NCBI GenBank assembly: GCA_021205045.1
Contig: JAJPYH010000139.1
Span: forward strand, 1-32,611
DNA from: Lachnospiraceae bacterium
Lineage (GTDB): Bacteria; Bacillota; Clostridia; Lachnospirales; Lachnospiraceae
Direction: 5' to 3'
Length of the DNA: 32,611 nucleotides
Below, piece by piece: positions 1 to 8,275 of this stretch. The position numbers were made by a program, and so were the translations under genes. The notes beneath the pieces are model-generated. The model did no database searches, had not been told where the DNA came from, and worked only from the letters and a program-made list of their open reading frames with translations. Each line of letters opens with the position of its first letter. Position 1 is the first letter of the stretch.

Positions 1-84
1 CAGGCTGGCTTACTGCTGATCTGATCGAACGACCCTTTTGCTGACTAACACCATATATTTATCTATACAGGAGGCAATATTATT

Positions 85-921
85 ATGAAAGTAGGCGTAA
101 TTGGCGCCGGTACCATGGGTTCCGGTATTGCGCAGGTGTTTGCTCAGACTCCGGGCTATCAGGTATATCTGTGCGACATCAACGAGGAGTTTGCCGCAAA
201 CGGCAAAAAGAAGATTGAAGCGGGCTTCGCGAAGAGAATTGCGAAGGGTAAGATGACTCAGGAAGCGGCAGATGCGGTTCTGGCCAACATCACCACAGGG
301 GTGAAGGATATCTGCACTGAGGCGGATCTGATCGTGGAAGCGGCGCTGGAGGTCATGGATGTGAAAAAGCAGACCTTCAAAGAACTGCAGGAAATTGTTC
401 CTGCAACCTGCATTTTTGCTACCAATACATCTTCTCTGTCCATCACAGAGATTGGAGCGGGACTGGACAGACCGGTGATTGGCATGCATTTCTTCAATCC
501 GGCTCCAGTCATGAAGCTGATTGAGATCATCCGTGGCGCGAATACTACAGATGAAGTGTTTGACAAGGTGAAGGCCATCGCTGAGGAAATCGGCAAGACG
601 CCTGTGGAGGTCAACGAGGCAGCAGGTTTCGTGGTGAACCGTATTCTGATCCCGATGATCAATGAGGGTATCTGCGTATACGAGGCAGGTGTGGCCAGCG
701 TAGAGGATATCGATACCGCCATGAGACTGGGAGCCAATCACCCCATGGGACCGCTGCAGCTGGGCGACTATGTAGGACTGGACATTGTGCTGGCCATTAT
801 GGAAGTCATTTACGCGGAGACCGGCGACAGCAAGTATCGTCCGTCACCGCTGCTTCGCAAGATGGTGCGCGCCGGCAAGCTGGGCGTCAAGACCGGCGAG
901 GGCTTCTATAAATATAATTAA
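85..921 (+). CDS. hbd: 3-hydroxybutyryl-CoA dehydrogenase
   Basis: 278-aa ORF with a GGAGG Shine-Dalgarno (SD) sequence about 10 nt upstream. N-terminal Rossmann motif VIGAGTMGSGIA. Full-length resemblance to clostridial Hbd. Sits directly upstream of bcd-etfBA. Confidence 0.93.
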   Translation: MKVGVIGAGTMGSGIAQVFAQTPGYQVYLCDINEEFAANGKKKIEAGFAKRIAKGKMTQEAADAVLANITTGVKDICTEADLIVEAALEVMDVKKQTFKELQEIVPATCIFATNTSSLSITEIGAGLDRPVIGMHFFNPAPVMKLIEIIRGANTTDEVFDKVKAIAEEIGKTPVEVNEAAGFVVNRILIPMINEGICVYEAGVASVEDIDTAMRLGANHPMGPLQLGDYVGLDIVLAIMEVIYAETGDSKYRPSPLLRKMVRAGKLGVKTGEGFYKYN

Positions 922-928
922 TATCATG

Positions 929-960
929 TATAGGCAGACTGTTTCGGCGGGCTGCCTATA
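929..960 (+). terminator. Intercistronic stem-loop between hbd and bcd (possible partial terminator or mRNA-stabilising hairpin)
   Basis: tataggcag (929-937) pairs perfectly with ctgcctata (952-960) across a 14-nt loop. Only a weak T-rich tail (tgtgcttg) follows. Confidence 0.3.
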
Positions 961-1042
961 TGTGCTTGAATGAAAAGAAACTGCTTCGGAAACTGAGTGA
1001 ATGAAGCAACAGTCGAAAATGATTTGAAGGAGATATATAATC

Positions 1043-2209
1043 ATGGATTTTACTTTAGGCAAAGAGTATGAAATGGCGAGACAGTTATTCAAAGATTTCG
1101 CCGAAAAAGAAGTCAAGCCTCTTGCACAGGAAGTGGACGAAAACGAGAGATTTCCCCGGGAGACTGTGGACAAGATGGCAAAATATGGTTTTCTGGGTAT
1201 CCCTGTACCGAAGGAATATGGCGGACAGGGCTGCGACACTCTGACCTATGTGATGTGTGTGGAGGAGCTTTCCAAGGTCTGCGGCACCACAGGCGTTATT
1301 GTATCTGCCCATACCTCTCTGTGCATTGATCCCATTCTGACCTATGGGACAGAGGAGCAGAAGCAGAAGTACGTAGTGCCGCTGGCAAAGGGCGAGAAAC
1401 TTGGTGCGTTCGGCCTGACCGAGCCCGGCGCCGGCACGGATGCTCAGGGACAGCAGACCAAGGCCGTGCTGGACGGTGACGAGTGGGTGCTGAATGGCTC
1501 CAAGTGCTTTATCACCAATGGTAAGGAAGCGGACGTTTACATTGTGATTGCGGTGACCGGTAAGGTGGAGAAGCGCGGCCGCATGCAGAAGGAAATTTCT
1601 GCATTTATCGTAGAGAAGGGAACTCCGGGCTTCACGTTCGGCACCAAAGAGAATAAGATGGGTATCCGCGGTTCTTCTACTTATGAGCTGATCTTTACGG
1701 ACTGCCGTATCCCCAAGGAGAATTTGCTGGGACAGAAGGGTAAGGGCTTCAATATTGCCATGCATACCCTGGATGGCGGACGTATCGGTATTGCCGCACA
1801 GGCTCTGGGTCTTGCGGAGGGCGCACTGGAGACTACCGTTGCCTATGTCAAAGAGAGAAAACAGTTCGGCAAGGCCATTGGCGCGTTCCAGAATACCCAG
1901 TTCCAGCTGGCTGATATGGCTACAAAGGTGGAAGCTGCCAAGAATCTGGTATATAAGGCTGCGCTGAAGAAGGATGAGTTTAAGAAAAATCCGAAGACTT
2001 CTTATTCTGTGGAAGCCGCTATGGCAAAGCTGTACGCGGCAGAGACTGCAATGGAGGTAACTACCAAGGCGGTTCAGCTGCACGGCGGCTACGGTTACAT
2101 CAGAGAGTATGATGTGGAGCGTATGATGCGTGACGCCAAGATCACCGAGATCTATGAGGGCACCAGCGAAGTGCAGCGTATGGTCATCAGCGGCGCCCTG
2201 CTGAAATAA
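1043..2209 (+). CDS. bcd: Butyryl-CoA dehydrogenase (acyl-CoA dehydrogenase, Etf-dependent)
   Basis: 388-aa ORF with a strong SD (gaAGGAGat). Acyl-CoA dehydrogenase family over the full length, including the C-terminal catalytic region ITEIYEGTSEVQR. Followed by etfB and etfA. Confidence 0.93.
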   Translation: MDFTLGKEYEMARQLFKDFAEKEVKPLAQEVDENERFPRETVDKMAKYGFLGIPVPKEYGGQGCDTLTYVMCVEELSKVCGTTGVIVSAHTSLCIDPILTYGTEEQKQKYVVPLAKGEKLGAFGLTEPGAGTDAQGQQTKAVLDGDEWVLNGSKCFITNGKEADVYIVIAVTGKVEKRGRMQKEISAFIVEKGTPGFTFGTKENKMGIRGSSTYELIFTDCRIPKENLLGQKGKGFNIAMHTLDGGRIGIAAQALGLAEGALETTVAYVKERKQFGKAIGAFQNTQFQLADMATKVEAAKNLVYKAALKKDEFKKNPKTSYSVEAAMAKLYAAETAMEVTTKAVQLHGGYGYIREYDVERMMRDAKITEIYEGTSEVQRMVISGALLK

Positions 2210-2292
2210 GGCGGCGCCTGCACAGCGAGTGATGCCGGGGGCATAAGGATGTCCCGCGGCGGGATATTGAGTAAATTGAGAGGATATAAACT

Positions 2293-3078
2293 ATGAAAAT
2301 AATTGTTTGCATCAAACAGGTTCCGGATACGAAGGGCGGCGTTAAATTTAACCCGGACGGAACGTTGGACAGAACGTCCATGCTGGCGATCATGAACCCG
2401 GATGACAAAGCTGGCCTGGAAGCGGCATTGAGATTAAAGGATGAGTATGGCGCTGAGGTCACAGTTTTGACCATGGGTCTGCCGAAGGCGGCGGACGCAT
2501 TAAGGGAGGCGCTGGCTATGGGTGCGGATAAGGCAATCCTGGTCACTGACAGAGTGCTGGGAGGCGCTGATACCTGGGCCACCTCCACCACTATCGCGGG
2601 TGCTATCAGAAATCTGGAGTATGATCTGATCATCACCGGCCGTCAGGCCATCGACGGCGATACTGCGCAGGTTGGGCCGCAGATTGCTGAGCACCTTGGA
2701 ATTCCGGTGATTTCCTATGCACAGGATATTAAGATTGAGGGCGATAAGGTGGTAGTACAGCGCCAGTACGATGACAGATATCATGTGCTGGAGGCACAGA
2801 TGCCCTGTCTGATCACTGCTTTGAGCGAATTAAATGAGCCTCGCTACATGACTCCCGGCGGAATCTTTGATGCCTGCAAGGCGGAGGTGATTACCTGGGG
2901 CAGAAAAGATCTGGTGGATGTGGATGATTCCAACTTAGGCTTGGCGGGTTCCCCGACCAAGATCGCGAAGGCCTCCGATAAGGTCCGCAAGGGCGCGGGC
3001 GAGAAGGTTGTGCCGGAGTCTCCTGAGGACGCGGTCAGTTATATTGTCGGCAAGCTTGATGAAAAGCACATCATCTAA
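2293..3078 (+). CDS. etfB: Electron transfer flavoprotein, beta subunit
   Basis: 261-aa ORF with the typical EtfB N-terminus MKIIVCIKQVPD. SD GAGAGGA lies upstream. Classical bcd-etfB-etfA order. Confidence 0.92.
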   Translation: MKIIVCIKQVPDTKGGVKFNPDGTLDRTSMLAIMNPDDKAGLEAALRLKDEYGAEVTVLTMGLPKAADALREALAMGADKAILVTDRVLGGADTWATSTTIAGAIRNLEYDLIITGRQAIDGDTAQVGPQIAEHLGIPVISYAQDIKIEGDKVVVQRQYDDRYHVLEAQMPCLITALSELNEPRYMTPGGIFDACKAEVITWGRKDLVDVDDSNLGLAGSPTKIAKASDKVRKGAGEKVVPESPEDAVSYIVGKLDEKHII

Positions 3079-3104
3079 TAAGTGAGTGATAAGAGGTGGA
3101 TAAT

Positions 3105-4148
3105 ATGAATTTAGAAGAATATAAGGGTGTATATGTATTTGCCCAGCAGGTAGATAATGTAATCGGCGGCATCGCCTTCGAACTGCTCGGCAAGGCAAGA
3201 GAACTGGCTGCCGACCTGGATACTGACGTAATTGCGGTGCTGATCGGCTATCAGGTAAAGGATCTGGCTGATCAGCTGGCGGAATACGGTGCTGACAGGG
3301 TCATCGTGGTGGATGATCCGGAGCTGGAAACCTACAGAACCGAGCCTTACGCACAGGCACTGGCCGGAGTCATCAACGAGTTTAAGCCGGATGTGATGCT
3401 GGTGGGAGCAACCGCAATCGGAAGAGATTTAGGCCCCACTGTTTCTGCCAGAGTTGCCACTGGTCTGACCGCGGACTGCACAAAGCTGGATATCGGAGAT
3501 TTCCCGCTGGTGGCCATCCCCGGAAAAGAGCAGCTGCACAAGCAGCTTCTGATGACCCGTCCGGCCTTTGGCGGCAATACCATTGCTACCATCGCCTGCC
3601 CCAATAACCGTCCTCAGATGGCCACTGTCCGTCCCGGCGTAATGCAGAAGATTACCCCTGTTGCCGGTGCGAAAGCCGAGGTAATTGAGTATAATCCCGG
3701 TATCACCGTGAACAATAAATTTGTCACCATCAGAGAGGTGGTCAAGGCCGTTTCCAATACCGTGGATATCATGGATGCCAAAATCCTGGTCAGCGGCGGC
3801 CGCGGCGTGGGAAGCCCTGAGAACTTCAAGATCCTGGAGGATCTGGCGGAGGCCATCGGCGGTACTGTCAGCTGCTCCCGTGCAGTGGTGGACGCCGGCT
3901 GGAAACCGAAGGATCTGCAGGTGGGTCAGACCGGTAAGACGGTGCGCCCCAACGTATATTTTGCCATCGGTATTTCCGGAGCTATTCAGCATGTGGCTGG
4001 TATGGAAGAGTCTGACATTATCATCGCCATCAACAAGGATGAGGATGCTCCCATCTTCGATGTGGCTGACTATGGTGTGGTGGGCGATCTGAATAAGATT
4101 GTACCTCAGCTGACCGAGGCCATTAAGGCGGCAAAAGCGAATAAATAA
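3105..4148 (+). CDS. etfA: Electron transfer flavoprotein, alpha subunit
   Basis: The ORF track starts at GTG 3096. ATG 3105 is better placed behind the SD AAGAGGTGG (3091-3099). C-terminal FAD-binding region AIGISGAIQHVAGM is present. Confidence 0.9.
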   Translation: MNLEEYKGVYVFAQQVDNVIGGIAFELLGKARELAADLDTDVIAVLIGYQVKDLADQLAEYGADRVIVVDDPELETYRTEPYAQALAGVINEFKPDVMLVGATAIGRDLGPTVSARVATGLTADCTKLDIGDFPLVAIPGKEQLHKQLLMTRPAFGGNTIATIACPNNRPQMATVRPGVMQKITPVAGAKAEVIEYNPGITVNNKFVTIREVVKAVSNTVDIMDAKILVSGGRGVGSPENFKILEDLAEAIGGTVSCSRAVVDAGWKPKDLQVGQTGKTVRPNVYFAIGISGAIQHVAGMEESDIIIAINKDEDAPIFDVADYGVVGDLNKIVPQLTEAIKAAKANK

Positions 4149-4165
4149 AAATCAATAAAACATAC

Positions 4166-4217
4166 GGAAAATCTGCCCCTGCATTGTGCGAGCCCTTACG
4201 GGAGGGCAGATTTTTCC
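4166..4217 (+). terminator. Rho-independent terminator after etfA
   Basis: ggaaaatctgccc (4166-4178) pairs with gggcagattttcc within 4204-4217. The 3' arm contains a T5 run. Confidence 0.7.
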
Positions 4218-4238
4218 GCGTGTTATGTGAGGCATAAA

Positions 4239-5153
4239 ATGAATTTTGATTACGTATTAGCGAAGGTAAAAACCCTCAGTAAGAAAAAGGTGGCCATTGC
4301 TGCCGCCCAGGACAGCGCGGTTTTAGAGTGCGTCAAAGCCTGCAGGGAGCAGGATATCGCGGATGTGGTGCTGGTGGGAGACGCGGCCAAAATCAGTGAG
4401 ATCGCCGGGCAGATCGGTCTGGATCTGACAGGAATAGAGGTCATCGATGAGCCGGATATGATCGAGGCATCCTTAAAGGCGGTGAAGCTGGCTCATGACG
4501 GCGATGTGGATATGTACATGAAGGGACTGGTGGACACCAGGAATTTCCTGAAGAGTGTTCTGAATAAGGAAGTGGGGCTGCGTACCGGCAGCGCCCTGTC
4601 TCATGTCAGTGTGTTTGAGATTCCCGGTTTTGACCGGCTGTTATTCCTGACGGATGTGGCGTTTATGACCTACCCCACCCTGGAGGACAAGGTACATATT
4701 ATCAATAATACCATCCCGGTCTGCAGAGCCTGTGGCGTGGAGCTTCCCAAGGTTGCCCCTGTTGCGGCAGTGGAGGTGGTGAACCCCAAGATACAGGTGA
4801 CTGTGGAAGCGGCGGAGCTGACCAGAATGAACGAAGAGGGCGAGATCACAGGCTGTATCATCGATGGCCCGCTGTCTCTGGATCTGGCTATCGATCCGGA
4901 AGCGGCTAAGCATAAGGGCGCGACCGACCGTAAGATTCAGGGAGACGCGGATGTGATTTTATTCCCGGATATTCACGCGGGCAATCTGGTGTATAAGGCT
5001 CTGGTTCATACCACACAGTCCAAGAACGGCTGCATCCTGACCGGCACGAAGGTTCCTGTGATTCTGACCAGCCGTTCCGATACCTTTGAGACCAAGCTGA
5101 ATTCCATCGCGCTGGCTGCGGTAGTCGCGGAGGAGCTGCAGCAGGGAAAGTAA
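4239..5153 (+). CDS. ptb: Phosphate butyryltransferase
   Basis: Strong resemblance to Clostridium acetobutylicum Ptb as I recall it (NKEVGLRTG, RLLFLTDVAF, NPK..., SRSD). ATG 4239 preceded by GAGG is preferred over the track's GTG 4227. Directly followed by buk. Confidence 0.9.
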   Translation: MNFDYVLAKVKTLSKKKVAIAAAQDSAVLECVKACREQDIADVVLVGDAAKISEIAGQIGLDLTGIEVIDEPDMIEASLKAVKLAHDGDVDMYMKGLVDTRNFLKSVLNKEVGLRTGSALSHVSVFEIPGFDRLLFLTDVAFMTYPTLEDKVHIINNTIPVCRACGVELPKVAPVAAVEVVNPKIQVTVEAAELTRMNEEGEITGCIIDGPLSLDLAIDPEAAKHKGATDRKIQGDADVILFPDIHAGNLVYKALVHTTQSKNGCILTGTKVPVILTSRSDTFETKLNSIALAAVVAEELQQGK

Positions 5154-5264
5154 CCTTGCCGTAAAGCGGGAAGAGTTTCCATAGCAAGTGTGTTTCCGCA
5201 TAAAGGTTTTGTATAAAAAGCGCAGGATTATGCAGGATAAACACCCAGAGAAGGGAAAAGGAAA

Positions 5265-6332
5265 ATGTCTGTAAAAAGTTTAATTATCAACCCGGGCTCC
5301 ACCTCCACCAAGATCGGTGTGTTTGAGGATGAAACCCTGTTATTTGAGGAGACGCTGCGCCACACCACAGAGGAGATCGCGCAGTTTCCCATGATCGTGG
5401 ACCAGAAGGATTTCCGCAAGAAAATCATCACGGATCTGCTGGAAAGCAAAAATTTCGATATTAAAAGCCTGGACGTGGTGGTGGGCCGGGGCGGCATGCT
5501 CAAGCCCATTCCCGGCGGCACCTACGCTGTGACCGATGATCTGCTGGAGGATCTGAAGATGGGTGTTCAGGGACAGCACGCTTCCAACCTGGGCGGCATT
5601 CTGGCTAGGGAGATCGGCGATGAGATCGGCGTACCGTCCTATATTGTAGACCCGGTGGTGGTGGATGAGCTGATGCCCATTGCCAGATACTCCGGTCATC
5701 CGGATCTGCCCCGCACCAGCGTATTCCATGCCCTGAATCAGAAGGCCGTGGCCAAGCGCTATGCCAAAGAGATCGGAAAGTCCTACGAGGAGCTTCGCCT
5801 GATCGGCGTCCACATGGGCGGCGGCGTGTCTGTGGCGGCTCACGAGTACGGCAGAGTGGTGGATGTGTTCAACGCCCTGGACGGCGACGGCGCTTTCTCT
5901 CCGGAGCGGGCAGGCGCGGTACCGGTGGGCAAGCTGATCGGTCTGTGCTTCTCCGGAAAATATACGGAGAAAGAAGTCCGGAAAATGCTGACCGGCAACG
6001 GCGGCTTCAACGCCTACCTGGGCACCAACGACATGCGCGAAGTGACCAGGCGCGCCAACGAGGGAGATGAGAAGGCAAAAGAGGCCAAGGAGGCCTTCCT
6101 GTTGCAGGTATCCAAGGACATTGGCTCCATGGCCTGTGTGCTGAACGGAAAAGTGGACCAGATCATCGTCACCGGCGGCATTGCCTACGGTGCGGATGTG
6201 GTTGAGGGCCTGAAGGAGAGATGCGGCTGGATCGCGCCCTTTACGGTGTATCCCGGGGAGGACGAGCTGCTGGCGCTGGCGCAGGGAGCCCTGAGAGTGC
6301 TGAACGGCGAGGAAGAAGCAAAAGTGTATTAA
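5265..6332 (+). CDS. buk: Butyrate kinase
   Basis: 355-aa ORF in the ASKHA/acetate-butyrate kinase family. N-terminus [15 protein letters not shown]. Adjacent to ptb. Confidence 0.93.
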   Translation: MSVKSLIINPGSTSTKIGVFEDETLLFEETLRHTTEEIAQFPMIVDQKDFRKKIITDLLESKNFDIKSLDVVVGRGGMLKPIPGGTYAVTDDLLEDLKMGVQGQHASNLGGILAREIGDEIGVPSYIVDPVVVDELMPIARYSGHPDLPRTSVFHALNQKAVAKRYAKEIGKSYEELRLIGVHMGGGVSVAAHEYGRVVDVFNALDGDGAFSPERAGAVPVGKLIGLCFSGKYTEKEVRKMLTGNGGFNAYLGTNDMREVTRRANEGDEKAKEAKEAFLLQVSKDIGSMACVLNGKVDQIIVTGGIAYGADVVEGLKERCGWIAPFTVYPGEDELLALAQGALRVLNGEEEAKVY

Positions 6333-6360
6333 GCTTTATGAAATTTCGGGAGAATATAAA

Positions 6361-6399
6361 AAACAGAGCTGTCCTGTCATTAGCAGGGCAGCTCTGTTT
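6361..6399. terminator. Bidirectional terminator between convergent buk and uxaC
   Basis: aaacagagctgtcctg pairs with cagggcagctctgttt (16 bp including one G-U) across a 7-nt loop. An A-run lies on the 5' side and a T-run on the 3' side, so it can serve both strands. Confidence 0.7.
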
Positions 6400-6413
6400 C
6401 GTGTAACGAAAAA

Positions 6414-7823
6414 TCAGTCTAACGGGAACTTGAAATATTTTTTGGCGTTATTGTAGGAAATACCTCTGACGATTTCCTCCAGCATTTCCCAGTCACAGGG
6501 ATATTCGCCGTTCTCCACCCAGTTGCCGATCAGATTGCACAGGATGCGGCGGAAATATTCATGTCTGGTGTAGGAGAGGAAGCTTCTGGAGTCGGTAAGC
6601 ATGCCCACAAAGCCGCTCAGGTTGCCAAGGTTTGCCAGGGAAATCATCTGATTCTGCATGCCCACCTTGTGATCGTTGAACCACCAGGCGCTGCCCTGCT
6701 GAATCTTGGCAACGGCTGTGGAATCCTGGAAGCATCCCAGGATGGTGCCGATGGCCTCGTTGTCGTTGGGATTCAGGGAATAGATGATGGTCCTGGGCAG
6801 TTGATCGGTCTTGATCAGAGCATTCAGGAAATCCGCCATCTGAGCGCTGGGAGCGTAGTTGTTGATGCAGTCGTAGCCGGTGTCCGGTCCCAGAGACTGA
6901 TACATCAGCTCATTGTTGTCACGCTTGCAGCCGTAGTGAAGCTGCATGGCCCAATCCAGACGATTGTATTCCTTAGCCACAAAGAGCATGAACGCGGTCT
7001 TGAACTTCAGCTCACAGGTCTTGCATACCGGCTTGCCGGCCAGACGGTTTGCAAAGATTTCCTCGATTTCCTCATCGCTTGCAGGCTCATACATGACATA
7101 TTCCAGAGCGTGGTCAGATACGCAGCAGCCCTGGCTGGCAAAGAACTCCATGCGGTTGACGAGAGCGGCTTTCAGATCGGCAAAGCTCTTAATCTCGATA
7201 CCGCTGACTTTGGACAGGGCTGCCAGATAATCCAGATACTCAGGCTTCTCAATATTCATGGCCTTGTCCGGTCTCCAGGCGGGCAGTACCTTTACCTCAA
7301 AGCTTTCGTCAGCCTTAATCTTCTGATGCCATTCCAGGCTGTCTACGGGGTCGTCTGTGGTGCAGATCAGGGTCACGTTGGACTGACGGATCAGGTTGCG
7401 CACGCTCATGGAGTCGTCCTGAAGCTTTTCGTTGCAAAGGTTCCAGACCTCCTCAGCGGTGTTTTTATTTAACACACCATGATAATCAAAATACCTCTGC
7501 AGCTCCAGGTGAGACCAGTGGAACAGCGGGTTGCCGATGGCCTTGCCCAGGCACTCGGCCCATTTGAAAAACTTTTCCTTGTCGGACGCATCGCCGGTGA
7601 TATATTTCTCATCTACGCCGCAGGAGCGCATAAAGCGCCACTTGTAGTGGTCGCCGCCCAGCCAGACCTGGGTGATATTCTCGAACTTGCGGCCCTCGGC
7701 GATCTCTTTGGGGTTGATATGACAGTGATAATCCAGAATGGGAGTGGTCGCTGCATATTCGTGATACAGTTTCTGGGCCGTTTCTGTCTCCAACAGAAAA
7801 TTCTCGTCCATAAATGCCTTCAT
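6414..7823 (-). CDS. uxaC: Glucuronate (uronate) isomerase
   Basis: 469-aa ORF with SD GGAGGT upstream on the minus strand. Characteristic N-terminus FLLETETAQKLYHEYA...ILDYHCHI. Confidence 0.93.
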   Translation of the reverse strand: MKAFMDENFLLETETAQKLYHEYAATTPILDYHCHINPKEIAEGRKFENITQVWLGGDHYKWRFMRSCGVDEKYITGDASDKEKFFKWAECLGKAIGNPLFHWSHLELQRYFDYHGVLNKNTAEEVWNLCNEKLQDDSMSVRNLIRQSNVTLICTTDDPVDSLEWHQKIKADESFEVKVLPAWRPDKAMNIEKPEYLDYLAALSKVSGIEIKSFADLKAALVNRMEFFASQGCCVSDHALEYVMYEPASDEEIEEIFANRLAGKPVCKTCELKFKTAFMLFVAKEYNRLDWAMQLHYGCKRDNNELMYQSLGPDTGYDCINNYAPSAQMADFLNALIKTDQLPRTIIYSLNPNDNEAIGTILGCFQDSTAVAKIQQGSAWWFNDHKVGMQNQMISLANLGNLSGFVGMLTDSRSFLSYTRHEYFRRILCNLIGNWVENGEYPCDWEMLEEIVRGISYNNAKKYFKFPLD

Positions 7824-8097
7824 TTTGCCTTACCTCCATAAATGTGTATCCATCAAATGCCCGTAAAGTATCTGCCGGGGGGTTCCGTGTTCATTTGATG
7901 AAATTATGCGGGATTTTCCTCGCATAACCTAATTTATTATAAGTCATAAACTCCTGAAACACAAGGAGTTCTGAGGGAATTTTATAATAAGAAGTTACTG
8001 TGAATGGTAAAAATATAAGAAGGGAAGCTCATATCGGCGCCGGCATGCGGCTGCGCCGTGAATGGCAACATTAATTGTATAAATTCTTAAAACCACA

Positions 8098-8124
8098 TTG
8101 ACGAATATCACGTTTTGATATAAA
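8098..8124 (+). promoter_or_regulatory. Candidate sigma-70-type promoter for uxaB-uxaA, with an overlapping 6-5-6 palindrome
   Basis: TTGACG (8098-8103), a 15-nt spacer, then the extended -10 TGaTATAAA (8116-8124). The palindrome ATATCAcgtttTGATAT (8105-8121) lies across the spacer and -10. Confidence 0.4.
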
Positions 8125-8275
8125 ATTTATGTAATTGTTGGGTGCAGAAAGAGTTTTTTGTGCATAGTAACAAGGAAACAATGACACCATGGAGCTCAAG
8201 GAGGAAGCTCGTGGTATCACAGGGGCGGATATGTCTGCCCGGCAGCATTAAAAAATGACAGATGGGAGAACAGGT

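Noticed and set aside
1-48. Tail of an upstream plus-strand ORF (stops at 22-24 or 42-44, depending on frame)
   Set aside because: It is too short to identify. It could be the end of a thiolase or crotonase gene, but that would be a guess.
10-7472. Other long antisense ORFs: 10-741(-), 1085-2083(-), 3429-3992(-), 5340-5843(-), 6561-7472(+)
   Set aside because: Each is fully nested opposite a confidently identified gene (hbd, bcd, etfA, buk, uxaC). They show no translation signals and have odd amino-acid composition. They are shadow frames.
8000-8072. Direct repeat GTGAATGG(T/C)AA(A/C)A at 8000-8013 and 8058-8071 in the uxaC/uxaB control region
   Set aside because: The exact core is only 8 nt. 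A repeat of that length is expected by chance in a 430-nt AT-rich region, so it is not claimed as an operator.
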